Positions 1-8,990 of a DNA stretch of 42,074 nucleotides are shown here, in pieces; the first letter of the stretch is position 1; each line of letters opens with the position of its first letter. The stretch is from Patescibacteria group bacterium (GTDB taxonomy: Bacteria; Patescibacteriota; Saccharimonadia; CAILAD01; BJGX01): positions 1 to 42,074 of the forward strand of contig SICB01000001.1 in the NCBI GenBank assembly GCA_009691555.1, written 5' to 3'. Under the pieces are notes generated by a model. It had not been told where the DNA came from. It made no database searches and worked only from the letters and a program-made list of their open reading frames with translations. Made by a program: the position numbers and the translations under genes.

Positions 1-700
1 CCTAGTAGGCCGAACTCTAATGATTCGAATCTTAGATTTGGACCGCAAAGAGAGCAAGCTGATTGTTTCCGAAAAAGAAGCCCAGCGCGAATTTACCGAA
101 GGCAAGATTGCCGCTTTTAAGGTTGGTGATACCATCAAGGGCATCGTGACTGGTGTGGTTGATTTTGGGGTTTTTGTAAATATCGACGGCATCGAGGGCT
201 TGGTGCATATTTCTGAGATCGCCTGGGATCGAGTCGATAACCCTTCTAAATATGTTAAGGTCGGGCAAGAAGTTGAGGCAATTATTATTGCCATCGACCA
301 AGACAAGCTTTCGTTATCGATGAAACAACTCACCGACGACCCTTGGCAAAAAGAAATAGCAAGCTACAAGCTAGGCGACTTCATTGACGGCAAAGTAACT
401 CGCATTACACCGTTTGGTGCATTTGTAGAAATTACCCCAGTCATCGAGGCGCTGGTGCATATCTCGGAGCTATCGGACGACCACATTACCGACCCTAGCG
501 CTCTAGTAAAAGTTGGTGAAACTAAAAAGTTTCGGGTTATTGCAATCGACATTGACCAACACAAACTATCGTTGAGTCTCAAGACTGGCAGTAAAGAGCC
601 AGCCGCCAAGCCAGCCAAGCCAGCCGCCAAGCCAGCAGTAGAAACAGCCGAGGCAGAACCAAAAAAAGCCAAAGCCGATAAGAAAACCGAGAAAGAATAA
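1..700 (+). CDS. rpsA: 30S ribosomal protein S1 (5' end outside window)
   Basis: Tandem S1 domains (FGVFV..EGLVHISEI; FGAFV..EALVHISEL); Pro/Ala/Lys-rich C-terminal tail. Confidence 0.93.
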   Translation, partial: LVGRTLMIRILDLDRKESKLIVSEKEAQREFTEGKIAAFKVGDTIKGIVTGVVDFGVFVNIDGIEGLVHISEIAWDRVDNPSKYVKVGQEVEAIIIAIDQDKLSLSMKQLTDDPWQKEIASYKLGDFIDGKVTRITPFGAFVEITPVIEALVHISELSDDHITDPSALVKVGETKKFRVIAIDIDQHKLSLSLKTGSKEPAAKPAKPAAKPAVETAEAEPKKAKADKKTEKE

Positions 701-706
701 CCCCCA

Positions 707-955
707 ATGGTAACTGCGCAATCACATACTCCGATTCGCAGTCGCGAGGGGCGTCATACCCCAATCCGTAGTTGTAAGGGTTGTCGCAAAAAGCAGGCTA
801 AGGGCCAGCTTCAGCGCTGGGTTTTGCAAGACGGCCAGCCGGCCCTCGATGAAAAACAGAATATCTCGAGTCGTGGGGTCTATGTTTGCTCGGACAGTTG
901 CTATAATAGTATCAAAGGCCATTTGCCCCAAATAATTAATAGGAGACGCTCATGA
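707..955 (+). CDS. ylxR: YlxR/DUF448 (RnpM-like) RNA-binding protein
   Basis: P-x-R-x-C-x-G-C and RGVYVC motifs; directly upstream of infB. Confidence 0.8.
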   Translation: MVTAQSHTPIRSREGRHTPIRSCKGCRKKQAKGQLQRWVLQDGQPALDEKQNISSRGVYVCSDSCYNSIKGHLPQIINRRRS

Positions 956-2706
956 GTGAAGACACAACCAAAGTAGAGGTAGCAGAGGTCATTAGCGTTG
1001 GCGAGTTTGCCGAACTTTTGGGCAAAGGCCCGGCCGCAGTGGTTGGCGAGCTCATGAAAAACGGCGTTATGGCCACCATCAACGAGCAGATCGATTTTGA
1101 CACCGCTCAAATTATTGGTGCTGAGCTTGGCTTTGAGGTTGTACCCAAAGCTGCTGGCAAGGAGCTTAGACCAAACGAAATCGACGAAACCAAGCAAGTA
1201 CCAAGGCCACCAGTCGTGGCGGTCATGGGCCACGTCGATCATGGCAAAACCAGCCTGCTCGACGCCATCCGTAATGCCGAAGTAGCAGCTGGCGAAGCCG
1301 GTGGTATTACTCAGCACATTGGTGCCTACCAAGTCACCAAAAATGATCGAGTGATTACATTTTTAGATACGCCAGGGCACGAAGCTTTTTCGGCCTTGCG
1401 CGAACATGGCGCCAAAATAGCCGACATCGCAATTATTGTAGTAGCCGCCGACGACGGCGTTAAGCCTCAAACTCGCGAGGCTATCGACCACGCCAAGCAA
1501 GCTGGTGTGGCCATCGTGGTGGCGATTAATAAAATCGACAAAGAAGGCGCCGATGTTAATAGAGTCAAGCAAGAGCTCTCGGATGTTGGTATTTTGCCAG
1601 ACGACTGGGGCGGCGATGTGCCGTGTGTCGAGGTCTCGGCCAAAACAGGCGACGGCATAACCAAGCTTCTGGAAGTTGTTTTGCTAGTTGCCGATATCGC
1701 CGAGTCGGTGGCTCGTGTCGATGGCTTTGGCCGGGGCGTAGTGATCGAATCGCACCTCGATACCGGCAAGGGGCCGATTGTTACTTTGCTCATCCAAGAA
1801 GGCATTATTAAACCAGGCGATTGGATTATCGCCGGAGTTAGCTATGGCAAAATCCGAACCATGGAAGACTTTAAGGGTAACAAAATCAAACAGGCCGAGC
1901 CATCTATGCCGGCCGTAGTTTCGGGCCTGAAGTCGCTTCCAGAATTCGGCAACTGGTTCGAGCAAGTCAACACCGAAAAAGAGGCCAAGGATTGGGTCGA
2001 TCGCCAAAGCCGCAAAAAAACCTACAAATCGGTGACATCTATTAAGAGTGTTACAGCCGAGGATATCGCCAACGCTGTAGTCGAGGGTGCCGTCAAGGAG
2101 TTGCCAATAGTCGTCAAGGCCGATGTACAGGGATCGCTCGAGTCGCTAATATCGGCGCTCGACCAAGTTGGTAATGACGAAGTCAGAGTCAAAATAGTGG
2201 CTTCTGGTATCGGTGATATTTCGGAAGGCGATGTGCAGGCTGCCACGGCTGGTAAGGCAATTATTTTGGGCTTTAATGTTAGTATTATCGCCGCCGTCAA
2301 TCAGCAGGCCAAACGCTCGGGCGTAGAATTCCAGCTTTATAAAGTTATCTACGAGCTACTCGACGATACCCGCGAGTGGCTATCTTCGATGCTCGAGCCA
2401 GAAATTATCGAAACCGAGCTAGCCAAGCTCAAAATACTAGGAGTCTTTAAAACCACCAAAGACAAGGTAATTTGTGGCGGTAAGGTTTTGAGCGGCAAGG
2501 TTACCACCGACACCGAAATCAAAATCACCAGAGCCGGCAAGGTTGTTGGTACTGGCAAGCTCAAGAGCCTCCAAAAAGACAAGCAAGAATCCAAAGAAGC
2601 CATCCAAAACGAAGAGTGCGGCCTAGAAGTTGCAACCAACAAGGCAATAGAACTCGGCGACGAGCTGGTGTTTTATACCACCACCTCGCGCGCCCGAAAG
2701 CTCTAA
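952..2706 (+). CDS. infB: Translation initiation factor IF-2 (short form)
   Basis: MGHVDHGKT, GGITQHIGAY, DTPGHEAF, NKID motifs. Confidence 0.98.
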   Translation: MSEDTTKVEVAEVISVGEFAELLGKGPAAVVGELMKNGVMATINEQIDFDTAQIIGAELGFEVVPKAAGKELRPNEIDETKQVPRPPVVAVMGHVDHGKTSLLDAIRNAEVAAGEAGGITQHIGAYQVTKNDRVITFLDTPGHEAFSALREHGAKIADIAIIVVAADDGVKPQTREAIDHAKQAGVAIVVAINKIDKEGADVNRVKQELSDVGILPDDWGGDVPCVEVSAKTGDGITKLLEVVLLVADIAESVARVDGFGRGVVIESHLDTGKGPIVTLLIQEGIIKPGDWIIAGVSYGKIRTMEDFKGNKIKQAEPSMPAVVSGLKSLPEFGNWFEQVNTEKEAKDWVDRQSRKKTYKSVTSIKSVTAEDIANAVVEGAVKELPIVVKADVQGSLESLISALDQVGNDEVRVKIVASGIGDISEGDVQAATAGKAIILGFNVSIIAAVNQQAKRSGVEFQLYKVIYELLDDTREWLSSMLEPEIIETELAKLKILGVFKTTKDKVICGGKVLSGKVTTDTEIKITRAGKVVGTGKLKSLQKDKQESKEAIQNEECGLEVATNKAIELGDELVFYTTTSRARKL

Positions 2707-2712
2707 ACTGCC

Positions 2713-3030
2713 ATGAACCTGCGACTCGAAAAGTTCAGCTCGATGATCAAAAAACAACTTGCCCCAATACTGCTCGAGTACCAAATGCCTGGCAGTTCGG
2801 TTAGTGTTAATGGTGTCAAAATCAGCCCCGATTTAAAAATTGCCCATATATATATTTCGGTTTGGGGCAAAGATGCCGAAGCTGTTTTTGAGCTAATCCA
2901 AAAAAACCGCGGTGAAATATCTAAGGCCTTAGCCGGCAAGATCAAATCGAAGTTTTCGCCCAGTTTGAGCTTTCATCTGGATTCGGGCCAGGCCGATAGT
3001 GAGCTGATCGAAGATCTGCTGAAGAAATAA
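2713..3030 (+). CDS. rbfA: Ribosome-binding factor A
   Basis: SPDLKIA and P-x-L-x-F-x-x-D motifs; follows infB. Confidence 0.9.
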   Translation: MNLRLEKFSSMIKKQLAPILLEYQMPGSSVSVNGVKISPDLKIAHIYISVWGKDAEAVFELIQKNRGEISKALAGKIKSKFSPSLSFHLDSGQADSELIEDLLKK

Positions 3031-3103
3031 TCCGCTCGGCGTGGTAGCCTAGATACTAAAGCTAAGAAAGCTTATTTTAATTATTTCCTAATTATTATCA
3101 ACC

Positions 3104-3404
3104 AATCTCATTAGTCATCACTTTTGCTGCCAAAAGTAATATAAAACCAACCGACTGTGGCTCGCCCCAATAAGCGCCCCAGCCTACCGAACAATCTTTA
3201 TCCAGAATAAACTTGCCCTGAATGTTAACACTTCAGGGCTTCAGACAATCCTGGATAATGATTAGTCCGTTAGCCTGTTGCTTTCTTGGAGCTCGATGTC
3301 GGTGAGGGAAGCGCACCTGCGGCAATAGTTGCTTTTTAATTATTATTAGCTAGTCTCACTAATTATCTCTATTCAGATACCACTTTTGATACCAAAAGTG
3401 GTAT
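3104..3404. repeat. Dispersed repeat, locus A: palindrome (3120-3137), 152-bp nested hairpin (3151-3302), palindrome (3377-3404)
   Basis: 3151-3302 matches 32919-33070 at 146/152 by manual alignment; ACTTTTG-N4-CAAAAGT palindromes on both sides. Confidence 0.9.
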
Positions 3405-3434
3405 TAAATAAAAAATAATAAAACATAAAAGTGA

Positions 3435-5102
3435 GTGATGCTAGCTTGGTCGTCTAAAGACCACAAAAGAAATCTGGGAGGAGCGCGACTAGGTGCTATA
3501 ATTAAAGAAGCATTAGGAGATTTAATAATCAAACTCAAAGCCCTAGTAAGATTCAAGCACTTCGATTGGCACAGCCTAGCACTAATAATTGCTAGTGGAG
3601 TATTATTATCGCTGCCGTTTGTGCGCTACCAGCTCGGCTGGCTCAGCTTTTTTAGCCTGCTACCGCTACTAGCCCTATTGCAGCGCCTACGAGCGCAAAA
3701 GGCTTCCAGCAAGCGAATTGTGGCGAGTATTTTGCTGGCCGGAGCAATCGATATGTCGATAGTCCTCACCTGGATGTACCAGCTCAATACCGTAGATCTG
3801 CTACAAGACCCACTGACGCGCGCCGTATTTGTGCCTTTCACTCTGGGGCTGATGGTGCTGTTTTTTGCATCGGGGTTTTTGATTTTTGGCTGGCTGGTCG
3901 TAAGGCTCAAAATATCGCTCGACAACAAAAACTCTTTTTTGTTGCTGCCGGCCGCTTGGGTGTTCGGTGAGTTTGCCCGCAGTGTGTTTTTTTCGATTAT
4001 GATGCTAGGCGAGGGCGGAGCTGTCGGTATGCACTGGAACTTCGGTGCGCTGGGGCTGGCAGCTAGTGCCACACCGCTGGTGTATTTTTCAAGGCTTGGC
4101 GGCCTCTTTGGGCTGAGCTTCGTGGTGGTGCTAGCTAATATTGCAATTTTTCAGCTGTGGCGCAGAAAGTTCGTTAAAGTTTCGGTGCTCATCATCGCTA
4201 GCATCGTCATTGCGACTGCGCTAGCGTATTATTTGTACCGTGCGCCATCAAATCCTGCCATCGAGCGGATTGGGTTGGTTCATTTGGGCTCCAACGAAGA
4301 TACCGATTACCAGCAGCCGCTGATCCGATCTATAAAAGACAACGCCAGTGGCAGGCTCGCTACAGTGATATTCCCAGAGTATTCGCACTTGTTTGACGAA
4401 CCCAGATTGCTCGATGAAGATCGCCAAATAGCCCAGCTGCTACTCAAAAATGAAGGAAGCAGAATAATTACCTCCAGGACTATATCTGCAGTAAAGACCG
4501 AGACAAATGCTATTGTAGAACTCGATGTATCGGGCCGGCAAATCAGCGCTCAGGGCAAGACCTTTTTGATACCAGGCGGAGAGTACATACCGTACCTCTA
4601 TAAGGGCATCCTGATTGCCTCCGGCAACTATCGGCTGATAGCCTACCATGAAGGCGAAAAGACAGTCGCTCAGTCCAAAAAACCAATCGAGCCAATCACG
4701 ATTAATGGAGTCAGCTATGGCGTGCTGGCCTGTTCGGGCATTATTGCCCCCGAGTACTATCGGGAGCTCACCAACCGCGGTGCCGAGGTGCTAGTAAACG
4801 CCGCCTCGCTCTCGACGATGGGCATAGGAGCGCAGTTTTTTGACCAGGCCAAGCAAATGGCTCGTTTTCAGGCCGTCGCTAATGCCCGGACACTAGTTCA
4901 GTCGGCCAGAGGTAAGCAATCTTATATAATGAGCCAAAACGGCACCATCCAGATACAAAATGCGTCTGACAGCACTAGCTATATGCAGGGCTCCATACAG
5001 CCCAACAGTACCCGCACTATCTACACCCTGCTCGGCGAATGGACTGTGCTGGCGAGCTTCGTCGGGCTGGTTGTATTTGCTTACATCAATAAAAAAAGCT
5101 AA
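3435..5102 (+). CDS. lnt: Apolipoprotein N-acyltransferase-like protein (true start uncertain, possibly about 3525)
   Basis: N-terminal TM bundle with G-x-FGLSF; nitrilase-fold triad residues in FPE, KTFLIPGGEYIP and LACS; C-terminal TIYTLLGEW. Confidence 0.85.
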   Translation: MMLAWSSKDHKRNLGGARLGAIIKEALGDLIIKLKALVRFKHFDWHSLALIIASGVLLSLPFVRYQLGWLSFFSLLPLLALLQRLRAQKASSKRIVASILLAGAIDMSIVLTWMYQLNTVDLLQDPLTRAVFVPFTLGLMVLFFASGFLIFGWLVVRLKISLDNKNSFLLLPAAWVFGEFARSVFFSIMMLGEGGAVGMHWNFGALGLAASATPLVYFSRLGGLFGLSFVVVLANIAIFQLWRRKFVKVSVLIIASIVIATALAYYLYRAPSNPAIERIGLVHLGSNEDTDYQQPLIRSIKDNASGRLATVIFPEYSHLFDEPRLLDEDRQIAQLLLKNEGSRIITSRTISAVKTETNAIVELDVSGRQISAQGKTFLIPGGEYIPYLYKGILIASGNYRLIAYHEGEKTVAQSKKPIEPITINGVSYGVLACSGIIAPEYYRELTNRGAEVLVNAASLSTMGIGAQFFDQAKQMARFQAVANARTLVQSARGKQSYIMSQNGTIQIQNASDSTSYMQGSIQPNSTRTIYTLLGEWTVLASFVGLVVFAYINKKS

Positions 5103-5170
5103 CTATTTCGACTCAGGCACCAAAGCAAAAGCATTTGACTTTTAACAAGCATAATAGGTATAGTATAGAT

Positions 5171-5539
5171 ATGAAAAAAGTTTGCTTGCTTGTCGAAGAC
5201 AACGATTTTATCCGCAATATGTATAATCTGAAGCTATCAAAATCCAAGATTGATGTGGTAGAGGCTACCGACGGAGCTATGGCCCTAATAAAAATCAACG
5301 AGCATCAGCCGCAGGTTGTATTGCTAGATTTGATGATGCCAAATGTTAGTGGTATTGAAGTGCTCGAAGAGCTCAAGAAACACAATATAACTCCGGATTT
5401 GCCGGTGGTTGTTTTGACTAACATCATGGACCAAGCCACTATCGACCAAGCCAAGAGCCTTGGCGCGCGCGACTATATCGTAAAGACCGATCTAACCCCA
5501 AGTGAAGTGGTCGATAAGATTGCTCCGTTTTTGAGCTAA
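5171..5539 (+). CDS. Single-domain response regulator (CheY-like receiver)
   Basis: LLVEDN, LLDLMMP, VVVLT, DYIVK; ATG at 5171 follows TTGACT...TATAGT promoter. Confidence 0.92.
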   Translation: MKKVCLLVEDNDFIRNMYNLKLSKSKIDVVEATDGAMALIKINEHQPQVVLLDLMMPNVSGIEVLEELKKHNITPDLPVVVLTNIMDQATIDQAKSLGARDYIVKTDLTPSEVVDKIAPFLS

Positions 5540-6462
5540 GAACTGCCTAAATACCCATTGATGAAGCTTGCCGCATCCATTGGCGCTTTTCCGGCTGGTT
5601 GGATTGAGAGTATTTGTAGGCTTCCATCGGCGCAGCCGAAATAGAGTTTTTTGCCCTCGGCCTGGAGCTCACCCCGCGCAGCAGCCTGTTTTGAAGCTAG
5701 TGCGCGCAAAATGATGTAGGTGTTGTCTTTTGATACGATATAGCTCTTAGGCCAGCCGGCATAGGCGCGAACTTCGTTTGCCAGCTCGCTAGCTGGCTTA
5801 GCAGAGTCAATGAGCCCATCTTGCTTGGTAGTTTTTGTGGTGTAATTAACAGCCGCTTCGTCTTGCTCGACGGCATCGAGCTGACCCTGTAAGAGCATCT
5901 GAACAGTTTCTGGTAGTAAGGCGCAATTGAGCGCCGATAGCTTTTCGCGCAATTCGGTGGCGTTATAGTCTTTGCAATCGAGCTCGGCCCAAGTCAAGAT
6001 TGGCCCATCGTCTAGGCCGGGCGTAATTTTTATGATGGTTACTCCGGTCGTGACATCGCCGTTAATTAGCGCGGTTCTGATTGGGTCGGCCCCACGGTAT
6101 TTGGGCAGCAAGCTAAAGTGACTATTCAATATGCCATACTCAAAAGTTTCGATAACGTCTTTTGGTATGATCATTCCAAAATCGAGCACCACTGCAATAG
6201 GGCTTTTGATGTCGGTCGAGCCAACTAGCTTACTGATGTCGGCTTTTGAGCTAGGGTTAATAACGCCAATCGAGTTATTCTCGGCCCAGAGTTGGACGGC
6301 GTTTTTGAACATCTTGCCAGCCGAGTTGTGGGCTGGCGGTTTAGTAACAACTAGCTCGATATCAAAAACCTCGCTCAGGCACTGCAGAGCCTCGAGGCTG
6401 GTTTGGCCCGTGCCAAAAAAGACTATCGACACCCTTGGGTTATTTGCGTTTTTTGATATCAT
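5536..6462 (-). CDS. fmt: Methionyl-tRNA formyltransferase
   Basis: IVFFGT, NSHFSLLPKYRGADPI, LDDGPI motifs; downstream of def. Confidence 0.96.
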   Translation of the reverse strand: MISKNANNPRVSIVFFGTGQTSLEALQCLSEVFDIELVVTKPPAHNSAGKMFKNAVQLWAENNSIGVINPSSKADISKLVGSTDIKSPIAVVLDFGMIIPKDVIETFEYGILNSHFSLLPKYRGADPIRTALINGDVTTGVTIIKITPGLDDGPILTWAELDCKDYNATELREKLSALNCALLPETVQMLLQGQLDAVEQDEAAVNYTTKTTKQDGLIDSAKPASELANEVRAYAGWPKSYIVSKDNTYIILRALASKQAAARGELQAEGKKLYFGCADGSLQILSIQPAGKAPMDAASFINGYLGSS

Positions 6463-6997
6463 CTTTTTTGGCTTGAGCTACTGGCATTAGAGATCCGTTT
6501 TTGTCGATACTAAATAACTGCGAGGAGTCTTTGATGTGGTCTAAGAATATGACGCCGTTCATATGATCGATTTCGTGTTGCAAAACTCTGGCCGGAAAAC
6601 CCTCAACGCTAAGTCGAATTGGTGCGCCGTTGGCGTCTTGGGCTTTGACCTTGACCTTTAGCGGGCGCTTGACCCGACCATAAATACCAGGCACACTCAG
6701 GCAGCCTTCGATGTCGCTAATCATTTCGGTACTAACTTTGACTATTTCGGGGTTCACTAGGGTCGTAAACTCTTTGCTTTTGGGGTCGTCGAAGTCGTTG
6801 CGAACAACGGTCAGCTTGAGAGGCTCACCAACCTGTATGGCCGCCAGGGCCGCACCAAACTCGCTGTCGTGGTCCCAATCTAAGGTGGTGGCGATCATAT
6901 CGTTAGCGAGATTTCGAATAGAGTCGTCGACATAGCCGATCCGTTTGGATTTGCTGCGAAGTATTTTATTGGGTATGGTGATTATTTTTTTTATCAT
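6440..6997 (-). CDS. def: Peptide deformylase
   Basis: ALAAIQVG, EGCLS, QHEIDH motifs. Confidence 0.97.
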   Translation of the reverse strand: MIKKIITIPNKILRSKSKRIGYVDDSIRNLANDMIATTLDWDHDSEFGAALAAIQVGEPLKLTVVRNDFDDPKSKEFTTLVNPEIVKVSTEMISDIEGCLSVPGIYGRVKRPLKVKVKAQDANGAPIRLSVEGFPARVLQHEIDHMNGVIFLDHIKDSSQLFSIDKNGSLMPVAQAKKDDIKKRK

Positions 6998-8919
6998 GAT
7001 ATTCCGAAGGGGTCTAGATTGATTGTCCAGTACGGCTCAAGCTCTGAGGCGATATCAACTAGTATTTTACGGTTGCGGCTTTTTATTATCAAGCTCCAGA
7101 GGTGCTTCTTGCCGCGCATTGAGGGGTGCGACTTGACCGGCCCCAAAATAGTTATCGATTGTTTGCCTCTGAGTTGGGCAATTAAGGCCTGGGCTTTTTG
7201 CTGGCCGAGCTCGGGGCTTATAAAACCACACTCTAATTTTAACAGATACGAGTAAGGTGGGTAAGAGTATTTTTTGCGCAGGGCCAATTCGGATTGGTAG
7301 AAGCTCTCATAATCGTTACTAGTGATTAGCTCAAAAAATTTGTTGTCGGGGTTTTTGGTCTGGATGATCACCTCGCCACGGTCTTTGCGCCGTCCGGCTC
7401 TACCGGCCGTCTGGCTCAAAAGTTGAAAAGCTCGCTCCAGACTGTTGTAGTCGATATTGGCCAAATCGTAGTCGGCGTCGATCATACCGACCAAATGAAG
7501 GTTCTCGAGGTCCAGTCCGCGGCCAATAATTTGCGTACCGATTATGATATCGACTTTATTATTGTTGATGTCATCTAAAATCTTTTTAAATTCTTTTGGC
7601 TCGGCACTATCGCGGTCGATCCGTATAATTTTGGCTCCAGCAAACAGCTCTGAGGCTTTTTCGGCGACAGCCTTGGTACCGATACCAACCCCGCGCAAGT
7701 TGCTGCCCTCACAGCTCGGGCATTTTGCGGGAGGAGTTTGTTTGAACCCACAGACATGGCAAACCAAACGCATGCTGTCGGCGTGGAAGTGCAAATTGAC
7801 CCCGCAGTGGGGGCACTCGAAACTCTGCCCGCAGTCGTTACAAACAAATATCGGCGCCGTGCCGCGGCGGTTGAGGTAGAGCATCACGAGCTTGCGATTG
7901 GCCAAGGTTGCTTTGATGGCGGCATCTAGCTGGGGCGTGAATATCTCAGATTGTTTGTCTTTTTTAACAATCTTAATCTCTGGATGTGACGAAGTAATGG
8001 CCCGCTGCTTGAGGCTCAGCAACTGAAGCTTGCCGGCATCGGCCAAAAATCGTGTCGCAACTGAAGGCGTTGCACTTCCCAGCACCAGCTTGGCGCCCGT
8101 CAGGCTGGCGAGCTTGCCGGCCACCATCTCGGCATGGTAGCGCGGCGAGGAATCTTGTTTGTAACTCTGCTCGTGGCACTCATCGACAACTATTAGCCCC
8201 AGCTTGTGCAAGGGCATAAAGAGTGCCGAGCGCGGACCCAACACAACCATCGGCGTTTCGGCCGATTGGCTATTGCACTCCATCCAAACAGCCCGACGCT
8301 GGGCAGGGCTGAGCCCAGAGTGCGCCACAATCAGCTGATCGGCAAAATGTTTTTGAGCCCGCTCAATCATTTGATTAGTCAAAAATATCTCCGGCATTAG
8401 CATAATTGCCGACTTACCCTCGGCCAGCATTTTGGCTATCAAATGAAAGTATATTTCGGTTTTGCCCGAACCCATCACGCCCTCTAGCAGAGTTGGCCGT
8501 TCTGAGGATAAGATAGCTTGGTATATTTTTGCTTGCTCTGGCAAGAGCTCGACCAGCTTTTTGGTGGCCAGCTTGGGCTTATCAAAAACCTTGCGTGGTG
8601 TGGTGGTGGGGTTTTTGGGCAATATCAACTGCCAGGCGCTATGAGGTGCGGCGCAGTAATAATCTATTAGCCACTCGCAGAGCGCAATCAACTGCTTGGG
8701 CAAGGGAGCTATCGGCAAAACGGCATCGATGTTTTTTAGTTTGATGGCTTTTGGCGGCGCAGCCTGGCTGATGCTACTAACGATACCGACGGTCTGATTT
8801 TTGCCAAATTTAATACTCACCAAGTTTCCGGCTTGGGCCACAACCCCCTCGGCAACTCGGTAGGTGAAGGTTCGCTTCTTAGGCCCCTTATAACCAACCA
8901 CACTGACTTCGGCATACAT
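6994..8919 (-). CDS. priA: Primosomal protein N' (replication restart helicase)
   Basis: GVMGSGKTE, DECH, CxxC zinc motifs, QTAGRAGR; start placed at ATG 8919. Confidence 0.96.
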   Translation of the reverse strand: MYAEVSVVGYKGPKKRTFTYRVAEGVVAQAGNLVSIKFGKNQTVGIVSSISQAAPPKAIKLKNIDAVLPIAPLPKQLIALCEWLIDYYCAAPHSAWQLILPKNPTTTPRKVFDKPKLATKKLVELLPEQAKIYQAILSSERPTLLEGVMGSGKTEIYFHLIAKMLAEGKSAIMLMPEIFLTNQMIERAQKHFADQLIVAHSGLSPAQRRAVWMECNSQSAETPMVVLGPRSALFMPLHKLGLIVVDECHEQSYKQDSSPRYHAEMVAGKLASLTGAKLVLGSATPSVATRFLADAGKLQLLSLKQRAITSSHPEIKIVKKDKQSEIFTPQLDAAIKATLANRKLVMLYLNRRGTAPIFVCNDCGQSFECPHCGVNLHFHADSMRLVCHVCGFKQTPPAKCPSCEGSNLRGVGIGTKAVAEKASELFAGAKIIRIDRDSAEPKEFKKILDDINNNKVDIIIGTQIIGRGLDLENLHLVGMIDADYDLANIDYNSLERAFQLLSQTAGRAGRRKDRGEVIIQTKNPDNKFFELITSNDYESFYQSELALRKKYSYPPYSYLLKLECGFISPELGQQKAQALIAQLRGKQSITILGPVKSHPSMRGKKHLWSLIIKSRNRKILVDIASELEPYWTINLDPFGIS

Positions 8920-8990
8920 ACCATCTATTGTACCCCAGCCCAAGATTATTTGCTTTACAATCAGTCTTATCTAATCAATAATGGTAGGTA

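Noticed and set aside
3151..3302. 6S or SRP RNA identity for the hairpin
   Set aside because: Multi-copy with truncated versions; no SRP domain IV motif or clear 6S central bubble recognised, though cmscan is needed to exclude them
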